NCBI GenBank assembly: GCA_965235115.1
Contig: OZ249436.1
Coordinates: forward strand, 48,114,001 to 48,178,000
Length of the DNA stretch: 64,000 nucleotides
Reading direction: 5' to 3'
Source: Laetmonice hystrix
Lineage: Eukaryota
Of the stretch, positions 35,810 to 48,300 are shown piece after piece. The translations under genes were made by a program, and so were the position numbers. Below the pieces are notes generated by a model, which did not search any database, was not told the DNA's origin, and saw nothing but the letters and a program-made list of their open reading frames with translations. Each line of letters starts with the position of its first letter. The stretch's first letter is position 1.

Positions 35810-36297
35810 TAGTTAAGGCCAGGTTATGAAAGAGTTACAAAAAGGTATAAAACAATGTTAACCATCTCAAGTGACGAACGAAGAACATTTGTTCTTTATT
35901 TAGAACAGTTTCCTCTTTAGAACAGATTTACTGTCTAGAATGCCCTGGAGGCCTGACCTGCCGTCCCAGCTAATTGACCCCTGTAGACCTTGCAGCTGTT
36001 GACTTCAGACCGTTACGTCAAAGATTCCTGACATTACTTGGTTACAAAGACTCATCCGTCAGGCCTTTAGGCTTACCAAACCGGATGATTTTGTCTCTTT
36101 TGACTTTTTATACAGCTGAGATGGACTTTCTGTTAACTTTTTGTATTCATGCTTGCTGTCTGACTGCCCAAATCTTACTGTCCATTTTACTCGCCGTCTG
36201 ACGAGCTGAGAGAGACCCTGGCTTCACAGAATATCTGTGGTGTCGTTTTGAGGCTCTTTTGGTAATTCTGTGTACTTTGTTTGCGTTTCAGGTAGAA

Positions 36298-36382
36298 ATG
36301 GTTGTACAACAGCAGTTGAGTTGCATTTTATTTACATGTACAATTGGATTTACCTTACTTCAACTGGCAACCAATGTGGCAG
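36298..36382 (+). CDS. Ig-DB-FN3 exon 1, signal peptide
   Basis: Acceptor at 36290-36291; MVVQQQLSCILFTCTIGFTLLQLATNVA; donor GTAAGT, phase 1. Confidence 0.75.
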
Positions 36383-39300
36383 GTAAGTCCGTTTATCTAC
36401 CAGTAGCCCCAGTCTTGAATTAAGTTACCGTTTTCACTGAATACAAATACCTTGATTCATGGAGTACTTTTAGTCAGCTGTCTCCTACTGTATTGGTCCA
36501 TGATTTTAGAAATATTTATCCAGATGGGATCAAAAAGATTTTGGTGAATACCGGTACATATGTAAATCATTTTATTTGTTCAAAAAAACTAATTCATAAT
36601 TCCTAAATGGTGAAGATGGTGTCAAAGATGTTAAAGGATCTTCAGTATTTTAAACGATAAAAATAACTGCTAATAAGGTGATTATAAAATCATTGAAATT
36701 TTATGAAATATTGACCTGAAGAAGAGGTAGTAGTCAGCCAAATCAAATCATCTTGCCATCAATTTGTTATAATTTGAGCTGTTATTTACTCATCGCATAT
36801 GTGTTTCTTGTCATTTGACGAGTGGGGAGCTCATTAAAAAACACTTAAGATGCGCGTACATGGAGGCACATGTACCAGGTCTCGGTGTCAGTGTTAATGG
36901 CCTGTTTGATTGACAGCTCCCTGTCTGACACCTTACCTGTTGATATAAAAACGGGTTCTAGGCGCATGTTGAGGTCGTTTATTTCCAATTGGATGAAGGA
37001 GAAACTGGCAGCTTGGCTGGTCAGGTAGCCAAAGTCCATTATACTTGCGGTTAAAACTGCTATTTGTCACGTCATGCACCTCTTGAAATATTTTATGTTT
37101 TATTCATTAATGCTTTCTACCTCCCAAGCCAAGGCTCCTAAAGGCAAAGAAATGCAGCGCATGTGTCCATAAAATGTAAGATATGGGCAGGCCAGTAGGT
37201 ATCTATAGACTACCGTGTATATTTAGGGTTCTGAATGACTGGGGTGGCAGGGGGTTAATACTGGTTCAAAGTTGTAGATTACTGGGGTACCGGTACTTTA
37301 GTTGAAAATCCTCTACCCATCATCCCCATCAGAAAACGGTTTCTTGAAGATGTACCGGTAACTTTATATTGCACTGCACTAGTGCAATCTGACATGTAGA
37401 AAAATGATCTATCAACATGGCGTTGGTATTTTAAACACGTTTTGACATTTCAGTCAGGAAATTTGTACTGGTCCTCCCTGTCCCACCTATAAAGTTCCCA
37501 AATTCATGTAAAAATATCAACCTTTCAATAAAATGCAGCATTTGCATATTTGGTACAAATTGTAGAAATTCTATAGACTTTAAGATGTCTATTATGCCAA
37601 AGGTCAGCTGGTAGAACACACCCATGTCTGGCACGTCCCAGCTAAGCCTGTTAGGGATACAGTTAAAACAGGATAATTATTAACACCAAAGCAGTGTTGG
37701 AGGACAAACTCCCTCAGGTGTGGACGTTTTGCTGGTAATCTCCACCTTGGCTCACGGTCCTGTGTAACCAGAACTGACCGAGATGTGGCGCTGTTGTCGA
37801 CCAATTAACAAGCATGACAACTTAGAACGGGCACTGCCAGCAGAACCCTGGGAGGGCCAAATGTATAAAATCTCTGATAAGGATCAAATGATAGCGCGCT
37901 TTATGCCATGGCCGCGGGAACCGTCACTGGAGATTTTAACTTTGTTTTCAGGGATCATTAAATTTTGTTTTATAACATACCTATCCGGCATATTCATTAC
38001 AAAATGTACGCCTCGTGCAATATATTTATGTGTCCCAGATACAGATAGAACACCAGTACTGATCAATTGCAAGAATCTAGAAGTCCTTCTGAATTATAGT
38101 ACATGTTCAGAACAGGCAGCAGGGGCATCACCAGTCAGCACTCCCCTTGCAGAGGCGTAACAAAATTTTTTCTTCTCTCCAAGCATGACTTGGGGGGGGG
38201 GGGAGGGAGCAAAGCAGAACTCACTGGGCCCAAGTAACATGCAACCAAAATTCTGCCGCCGCCCCTTTTATTGCAGGAGGTCGGAGCCCCAACTGCCTCC
38301 AATTTTTTTGCCACTGTCTTAACAGCCTAGAGGCTGAAACCTGACAACGTGTCCATCACCTGTCATCTTCAGCGTGATTGTTAACTGCCTATAATGAGCT
38401 AATACTGCCAGGTGGTCTGCAATAGGAGACTGACACTAAGCTGTTTAGTTGGAAGCGTTATCAGGGATGAGTCTCGGACATCATGTTAGGGATGGTGGTG
38501 GTCAAGTCTGTAGGATCAGTCAGAACATGTGCGACTTGTTGTTCCATGACCATGGTTATTGGACGTCAGTCATTGATTCCCTTTCTGTTCCTTATGTACT
38601 TGCTACAGGTTGGCCAGGTTTTCTCCATGTACTCTGGTTGCTGGAATCAGACATCAAAGTGAATGTTATTTGTGGATGATCTGATGTCTTAAACAGTGCA
38701 TGTCTGGCCATGGCTAGCCATTATGATCCCTGGTATTTGTCTGAAATTAGGATAAATCAGTGATGAGGGAGGGGCTTGCATACATGTGGCCTAGAATCAG
38801 AGTCTGACGTATCCTAATTATGGCCCTGTTTGTTGATACTAGCCATGTGCAGCCACGCTGAGAGTAGGGCCTTACATTGGGATGACGAAGTGCACTTCAT
38901 AAAAGCGCTACAAAACAGTTCAAGAAGAGGCAAAAGGGAAGTTCCAGGATCTAGACAGTCGCCTAACTCAGTCACAGTAATGGCGAAACTGTTCCCAGTA
39001 AAACGAACAATAGAGGGACTTTTTAGCTGCTTCACACATGCCTCGTCTTACGACCATACGATGATTATATTAAAACGGGAGTAAATTCACTCACTGTGTT
39101 TCTAGACACGGTTCTGGTTCGTTCCATACCTCAGCATTTACCCCACTTACAATCACCCTCGTTTTATATCAACATGCTGACTCAGCGTCTTTGTGATTTA
39201 TCATGATGCTATGCACAAAGATTTATCTCAGCTGGCTTTGACAGGAAAATGATTCAATTTGGTGACTCTTTAAAGCACATAGCATGTTGTTTGAATGTGG

Positions 39301-42300
39301 CATCTGGTAGTTCTCCTACTTAATGTCGCGTTCCAATAGAACTGGAATGTGGAGTGCGCTATTGAGTCGATACGCAGGCAAAAATAAATTCATTGGCCTT
39401 TTGTATTTACAACCAATGTCATTTTATACCACTCCTATTTTTATAAACGGTGTATGGGTCCGGGAGCCAAAACAGTCGGGAACTTTCCCTACACAAACCA
39501 TGATTTAGTACTTGATAGAAATGTCACATCATGTGTAAAAAAAACATGTCTAAATCATAACACGTCATAAACAAAGGGAATTGCTATCTTCAATCAAGTG
39601 TGAAGGTAAACAATTACCCTAAATATAGACTGCATAAATGTTTCAGCTTAGACCTTTCAGCAGTTATCAGTCCTTTGGTACCACCCCTTTGCAGAAATAT
39701 AGGAATACTATGGTGATATCTTCTTCATCATCATTTGATTAAGTATAGAACCTACAGTGCTCGTCCTAATTGCAAATTTAATCCTTTTAAAAAGACACCT
39801 TCATTTAAATCCCTAAACGGGAACAAGAATTATTTTTGAAATACTGGTAGCTACTGTTGGAGTCGTCACTAGATCAGTATTTAGGTAACAAGAGAGCAAC
39901 CGGATTGGATGTGGAAGTTTCTCAAGTCGTCTAGAAGGGATATCATTAGATGTGAGGGGAGGTTGCTTGGTGGTCCCTGTCGCCATGACATCAGCCATGA
40001 CCATGCTCATTACAAGTAACAATGGCCATGACAACAGCACTTAAGCATGGTTACTGTTCTTATTGATATCCAGCGTTCATATATCATACTGATGTATTTT
40101 AAGACAAAGGCATTGAATGAAGCCAGGTATTGGGTGTGACGCCAAAGGAAATTGATTTGTGTACCACTCGATGATTGATTTTCTGTTCTAGGTGACCATG
40201 ACAGACCTTACATTGACAGTAAGGAAGTGATAAAGAAGGTGTTAATTGGCCAGACCGTTGTGTTAACGTGTAAGGTAGAGGACCCCGAAAGTCATGACGT
40301 AAGTACTTCTCTTTTTGTTATTCACAAGTCTTTAGGGTGCGTATCTATCAATAAAACATATAATCATAGAAGGCCTACCTTTATCCAACTTAAGACTTTG
40401 TTTTTTTGTGCAGGTCCAATGGTGGCTGGTTAACCATGACGTCCAGGTTTTTTTGTTTTTGTGCAGGTCCAATGGTGGCTGGTTAACCATGACGTCCAGG
40501 TTTTTTTGTTTTTGTGCAGGTCCAATGGTGGCTGGTTAACCATGACGTCCAGGTTTTTTTGTTTTTGTGCAGGTCCAATGGTGGCTGGTTAACCATGACG
40601 TCCAGATTTTTGTGTTTTTGTGCAGGTCCAATGGTGGCTGGTTAACCATGACGTCCAGATTTGTGTGTTTTTGTGCAGGTCCAATGGTGGCTGGTTAACC
40701 ATGACGTCCAGATTTTTGTGTTTTTGTGCAGATCCAATGGTGGCTGGTTAACCATGACGTCCAGGTTTTTTTGTTTTTGTGCAGGTCCAATGGTGGCTGG
40801 TTAACCATGACGTCCAGATTTTTGCGTTTTTGTGCAGGTCCAATGGTGGCTGGTTAACCATGACGTCCAGGTTTTTTTGTTTTTGTGCAGATCCAATGGT
40901 AGCTGGTTAACCATGACGTCCAGGTTTTTTTGTTTTTGTGCAGGTCCAATGGTGGCTGCTTAACCATGGTGTCCAGATTTCGCGAAACACCGAGATCCTC
41001 ACACAGAACAATAATGACCACTACAAGATCCTCACTGTGGAAGGTACGTGGGGTGCTTATCAATATCCCAAGTGCAGATCAGGGGGGTCAAATGGTTCAT
41101 ACTAACCCCCTCCCCCAAAAAATAAAGAAAGAAGAAGAAGAAAATGAAAGAAAGAAAGAACGAAAGAAAGCTAAAAAAAAGAAATGAAACTAAAACGGTC
41201 TTAGGACTTGAGGTGTAAGGATCATAGAAAAAAATAATTTAATTTTAAAATTTTGCAGGGGTGCATAATTCAGACCCCTTCTGGATCCACGCCTGATATG
41301 CACATCTTACATTTAAACAAAAGGTGCACAGCTTACGAACATCCACATCTTACATTGAAACAAAAGGTGCACAGCTTCAAACATCCACATCTTACATTTA
41401 AACAAAAGGTGCACAGCTTACAAACATTCACATCTTACATTTAAACAAAAGGTGCTCAGCTTACAAACATCCACATCTTACATTTAAACAAAAGGTGCTC
41501 AGCTTACAAACATCCACATCTTACATTTAAACAAAAGGTGCACAGCTTACAAACATTCACATCTTACATTTAAACAAAAGGTGCTCAGCTTACAAACATT
41601 CACATCTTACATTTAAACAAAAGGTGCTCAGCTTACAAACATTCACATCTTACATTTAAACAAAAGGTGCACAGCTTACAAACATCCACATCTTACATTT
41701 AAACAAAAGGTGCTCAGCTTACAAACATTCACATCTTACATTTAAACAAAAGGTGCTCAGCTTACAAACATCCACATCTTACATTTAAACAAAAGGTTCT
41801 CAGCTTACAAACATCCACATCTTACATTTAAACAAAAGGTGCTCAGCTTACAAACATTCACATCTTACATTTAAACAAAAGGTGCTCAGCTTACAAACAT
41901 GCGCATCTTGCAATTAAAACAAAAGGTGCTCAGCTTACAAACATGCGCATCTTGCAATTAAAACAAAATTACAGGCGATTGGATCTGGAAGGCAGTGGTC
42001 CCCCAGGCTCCATACGGCTAGGGGTAAGAAGAATAATGAAAGTTATTATTTTACTGTATTATCATAGAATCTTTTACAATGCATATCTGTTTCTGCATGA
42101 TGAGATGTGGGTGAAAACATGTGGGGACTTTGTTCTCCAGTGTGTCACAGATGGACAAGTTTAGAAATTCTCAGGAGAGAGGTGGATATTTTCAAGGGGA
42201 TTCCTATAGAAGCAAAGATTTGTGGGTCACAGAAAGCATTGTATACTGCATGAGAAAGTTTAGTGACATTTTATGGTGTTCTTTATTGGCCCCAGATGGA

Positions 42301-45300
42301 GGCCAGGAGCCTATTAAAAAATTGTATTTTGGACACCAGATATAATACAGGTATACATGTATTGAGGCATTATGAGATGACTTTAGTTCAAATAGGTAAA
42401 CAAGCTTTTGTCGGTTATTTACATAAAGGCAGGTGGCTATTCCAGTTTCTCCTCCCGGCCTCAAATAGGCAACCTAGAAATCAAAATTTTGATTTGAGCA
42501 AGTGGACGATAGCACCTATGATATCGACCGTTAAATAGAACATTCCCTCTCTACCTACTCTCAGTCTGTTATTCACTTCCTGGGTCCATGCAGGCTGTCA
42601 TTGGTCAAAACGCTCTGGCTGCAGGCCAATGGCGTCTTATAAAAATGTATATCAGCTAGCCCACGGAAGGAATCTATTCAGGCTTTCAGACACTACAGTG
42701 GTTCTGCATAAAAGTGTTTTGAAATAAATGGGATATGATTTATTATCTGTCACGACCCCGGATTCAAGAGTTCTTTACCAGCTTTTTGTTATGTCCTCGA
42801 AACCTCAGTTAGCAACAGTTCTTTGTTTGTGATTGGCCCGGAAAGAAAGACCACTACTCACCTACTAATTGGGGCTTAGAAGTGGAAAGTTCAAAACTCG
42901 GTAGTTCAGTATCTCCATGAAACATGTTACTCCGAGGGCAAGAAGGACATTTTTGGAACGTTACCCCCCCCCCCCCCCCCTCGAGCGAAAAGGCCGTTTT
43001 TAGGACGTTACACCCAAGGGCGAAAAGGCTGTTTATGTGGGAGACGTTAGACTATCACAGTGTTTAACTTTTGGTACACTACACCTCTCACTGGGAAGTG
43101 GCAATTGTAAAATCACATTATGTGATTTTATGAAGCCTAGCCCTAATATAACAACCAGTATGAAAGGAGAGGGGATGTTTTGTAGGTCAGAAATTGTCAT
43201 GTTCAGTAAACCTATAAATTGTCATGTAGACAAGAAACATTCCGTTATGCTAGAGTTAGTTCTAGTTAGTTCAACATTAAATTTTGTTGAAGTAAATGGC
43301 TCAGTCAGGTAGGGGCGGGCCAGTGTGAAGTGGCAGTATGTTTACTGTCTGAGGGCCTTTTATACTTACAAACTTCCTCTGCAATCAAATAAAAAAAAAC
43401 TATGGTTGGCTTGGCATGTATGAAGAAGTTGGAGGGTGGTGTTAGGTAAGTGTCTTCACTGACAACGTTTTGTAAGGCTGGGTTTTATGGGTGTGGAGAC
43501 CACTATATGGAGTATTTCTTCTCTTAAAGATGATAGCCCCCCCCCCCCATTATTCAGAAATCATTCTACAAGTAAGTGAGACTTTTGGCACCCAAAGAAA
43601 GAAAGTGGGAAATGTTTGAAGTACAGACAAGAACGTGTTTGTGGTTCGTCACGGATTTGAAACCCAAAATTCATACTTACAGTATGTGATTCAACACTTG
43701 CGAACAGAAATACTTGTCCTAGATCTATATCAAATATTTACTGGTTTATTTATCTTCCATTCTGCATGATTTATATGTTTCTAAATATGCCCTAGTCAGA
43801 TTTATATTTTATATAACGGTACAGAAAGATTATGTCGTAACCATGGCAGCCTTTGACCGTGCCAATCGGGGCACATCATTGGCTTTGGGGACCGCCTTGG
43901 CATGGTCCCTGCCAATTCTCCATACCCAACTACAGTGTATGAGCAGCAGCTCCCTTCGGGAATTTAACCTACTTATCAAACCTTCTTGTTGATGCTTTGC
44001 ACCTTGTTGCATGAACTGGCATCGTAAATATTTAAGTCGATTACCCAGATTAGAGTGACTTCAAATGTGACCCACTGGGTAGTTCTGCTTCCAACCATTT
44101 CTTGCCACATCTAACCCGAGGAACATGAAAATAAAATTAAGATGCCATTGTGCAAAGAAGAATTATTCAGGGAGAGATATGAAATTGTTGTGATTGATGT
44201 CAAAAATTGATTGATGTCACTTTGTTAGTATTAGTTTCTACAGGGAAACCATAGGCGGTATAATGGTCCTTTTGCTCACACAAACATCCGGGTTTATCCA
44301 GAGAGTGTACACTCTGGTTCATCTCACCAGTCATCAGAAATTTCTCACCGCATAGTGGTGAAAGCCCACCAGAAAAATAGGCGGGGGGATTCGGGGGGTC
44401 GCCAAGGCCCCCGACAGGACACAGGGGGCCAAGCCCCTTGCAGGCTCTGGCAATTACGGGTAGGCTATTTCAGTGCCGTATTTTGCAGTCTAGATAGTCC
44501 TAACTAAGCGCAGAACGTTGTAAATACCTACAAATATTCAGGAGACAACAAGTCGGCCTAATTATACAGTGTAATTTCCCAGACAAACAATGTAGTGGCA
44601 TGCTATGCTATAAAAGGCTGGTGAGAAGACTGAGTCAGTTGTAGATATTGAAGTGGATTGTGAACCTGTACCCACGTGTTTCAGGAGGCGAGTATCGGCA
44701 GTGGAACCTGAGGATCTCTGAAGTCCGAGCCAACGATAGCGGATTATACAAGTGTCGTATTGATCAGACACCAGAATCAATTGTCGACGAGATCATTGTG
44801 GAAGGTAATAAAGATTACTAGGAGGAGGGGACTCAATGAATAATCATTTAATCAGAATAATCATTTAGTCAATTTCTTCTTCTCATTCTGTTCGAATAAA
44901 AAACTTGATTTATTGTTACATGACGTCGAATGAGAATGGAAGAATACAATAGGGAGGACATATTTTAGCTACTAATTGCATTGTTTGAGGACTGAATTCG
45001 CAGAACCATATTAGTCACATATTATGGTAATCTTGAAAAAATTTTAGTCTTAAAATTGAAATAGGTAGTTAGTTATAGCCTTGTAATATAATAATACAAG
45101 AATAATAATTGAACGGATTTTTTCAGATGGAAATGTTGTAACCATACCAACAGACTTCGACCGAGTGGACTTCACAGGTATATTTTCATTTATGGTGTTG
45201 GAGTACATTTCTGAAGCTTTCGATGAAGTTAAACCCATTGTCAGTACTGTGAAAAAAATGATTGTTTGATTTTTAATTTTCAGACTGTTGTGTGAAACTG

Positions 45301-48300
45301 AACGTGTCAAGAGCATGCCTCCCAGCCTGTAGACCTGAGACCCTCGACCTTGAAACATTCAATCAGTTACACTGTGCCAATGACCTTCTCAAACTCCTCG
45401 AGTGTGGAGCAGGTATGTCTCAGTAACTCAGGATATTTTAATGAGTCAGCGTGTTATCTATTTGCAAAATGCCTAAACTCGGATATAAAAGATCCTGACA
45501 ATCCCTCCTACCATGTCTGGTTTACTTTACAAGTGGCTCGAGAATACAGAGTTGTCGAAGTAGATGCCAAGAAATTCAGATTGAAAATACTGTGACCAGG
45601 GCCTAATTCATAAAATCTTAAGGTCTTGCTTAAGCTTAAGCTTTATGCTTCTGATTGGCTAGTTCTTAAGTTTTTACGAATTGGGCCCAGGGCGGGTTAT
45701 TCCTCTGTTGCAAAACCCCCATGAGAAATGATTAGGGTTTAGGGGGAGGGGCAGAAAGGTGATGTGACCATTGGCGAGGTATCTAGGACCACACCTCCTA
45801 TGTTTCCATTGCTAGACGGAAGGAACCATATGCCTTGCTGCCGACGACGACTGTTGCCCAATAAGTGCCTGATCTATTGTGCAAACTCTCCGCCACCAAC
45901 AATACCAGCTGACCATCAAGTATGTCTCGATAAGGCAAAAGATATAGTAGCCTGCTTCGAGGAAGGACACCGTAAGTACCTTTCTAAGAAAGAAGTGAAA
46001 GTTTCTTATCTGGTATTATAATTCAATGACAAAGGACCCTGGATTGAAGCCTTGCATTTATGGTCTGTATGGATGGGCAAATGGATCGGCTGTACCTGAA
46101 CAAAAGGCAGCCACCGTTCGGGTCACACTGTTGTCACTTTCCTTAACAAACCAATGTGAACTTTTAAAGGCAATTTCAGAATTTAAAAAAAGGATATCAA
46201 GGTGTTAAAAGATTTATTCAGTAACTATAGAGTCCTGGTGATCACAGTAAATGTTGGTTGTAGACTTGCTGCCCAAACCACCTGGGTCACTCACATCAAA
46301 CGCCCTGTCGGCCCACAGTCTCTATATGAAATGGGAACCACCAGTTGACAGGACTGGTAACCTAACTGGGTACAGAGTGTTCTACCGGGAGGAGCGATGG
46401 AAAACTTACAGAAGTGTGAGTATATCAAGTACATATTCCTTAAATAATTGCAGGATCATTGAGGAGTAGGGCGGTTTGAAAACAACTTATTGGAAAGGCA
46501 GACATAATATATCTAGGGTGGGGCAACAATAGGGGACCAGCTGGCCAGATTTTGAGCAAGGTGAAAATACTTGATGAAATTCATTGCTGTCGCTATATCT
46601 GTACACTTCCAAGATTTCCTTTCATAAGTTAGCCCCATATAATATCTACACTTTCATTATTGTGGATATTAGAAGGTAACGTTTCTTTGTTGACAATATG
46701 CAGACCAATACAACACAACAAAAGAGAAAATATCGACGCTTTCATTTCATGTCAGTAATACCCTAGTCACACTAGAGGCGGAATGAACCGGAATGCCGTC
46801 GGAATGAAAGTTCTTTGTACATTCCTGGATATTCGAAGTGAATTCTAAATATTCTGACTGCATTCTGAGTGCATTCCAAATATTCGGGCCCATTCTTGTT
46901 GGCGGCCCGAATGTTTTGCTCATGCTCAAAACTTTCGAGGTGCATTCGAAGTGGAGAAATATCGAACGGCATTCGAAGTGTATTCTAAATGCACTCTGAC
47001 TGCATTCTAAATATTCTTACGGCATTCCAACGGCATTCGAAACATTCTGATCGCATTCGAGGAAGAATCGAAACGGCAAGTCACTTCCGATCCTGCCAGA
47101 ATGTCCCGAATGCGCCTCGAATGAGCCCGAATGCACCTCGAATGCATCTCGATTGCTGCCGGAATCTATACTCGGGACATTCTGAGTACATTCCAAGTAC
47201 ATTCCAAGTATTTGAGCTGCATTCTGTTTGAATTCTTGGACGTTCGAACCATATTCGGCTGCCATTCTGGGAGCGTTCTGACTGCATTCGAGGTGAATTC
47301 GTACAGCATTCGAGGCACCTTCCAACTAGACTTCGGGCGGTATTTAGGCAGCAATCGAACCGCACTCTTACGGCATTCGAGGTGCATTCTAAATATTCTG
47401 ACTGCATTCTAACAGCATTCTAAATCTTCCTACTGTGTTCCAACTTCATTCGAGCTGCATTCGAGCTAATACACCCAGAATGTGCAAGAATCATTCGAGG
47501 CGGGTTCGAAGCGCATTCTAAGTATTTGAACGCCATTCTTACAAAGCTGTAAGAATTTTGGTCAATTTGAAATTTCCTCCCGAATGTGGCGCGAATTTTG
47601 AGTATATTCTTCATTCCGGCTGGTTCTGCTTGATTCCTGTCGATTCCGAATAAGTGTGACGGGGGTATTAGTAAGAACCTGAACGCCAGCAGTAACATGA
47701 GCACAGAGGTGTGACCAGCCAACATGCAGGTGTACCAGTAAAAGATTAACAATACTAAAACTACCTTTACATCAGTAACAATTCATGGTCACAAACAAGA
47801 CAAGACAAAACACGGGGTAGTTTTACTCCGACTGACTGCCAGACCCAGTGTTAGTTAAGCTGTCAGTAACTCCTACCCCAATCAGTGTTGTTAAATCTTA
47901 TTTGGCCAAGCTTTAGGGTTAACCTAACAATAATCAGCAATATTTATATGTCATTTGTCTTCATACCACAACCTCAAACTTGATGGCCTATATTCATGAC
48001 ACCATTGCACATTAAGTGAGGTTGCTTTTCTAGAAACATTCAAAAAAAGCTTTTATTTTGAGTATTGGTGGGTCAGGAGAGCGTAAGTAATTGTAAAACA
48101 GGCGAGAAATCGTAGGCCTGCAGGCTGTACAATGCCAAGAAGTGGCACTGGCATTATTTGGCCCTAATGTTGCCAATTTTCTTATGCTTGTATGGGCAAG
48201 AGTCACTGGCCAACGGCCAATATTTCAATATTATCTAACTGGTGCACAGGTATTGGACCATAATAGTGGAGTTGGTGAAGAGTTCAGAAAATGGATAATA

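Noticed and set aside
46747..47752. Cluster of overlapping 60-110-aa ORFs
   Set aside because: Artefact of the gcattcga-rich interior of a non-autonomous element; no transposase motifs.
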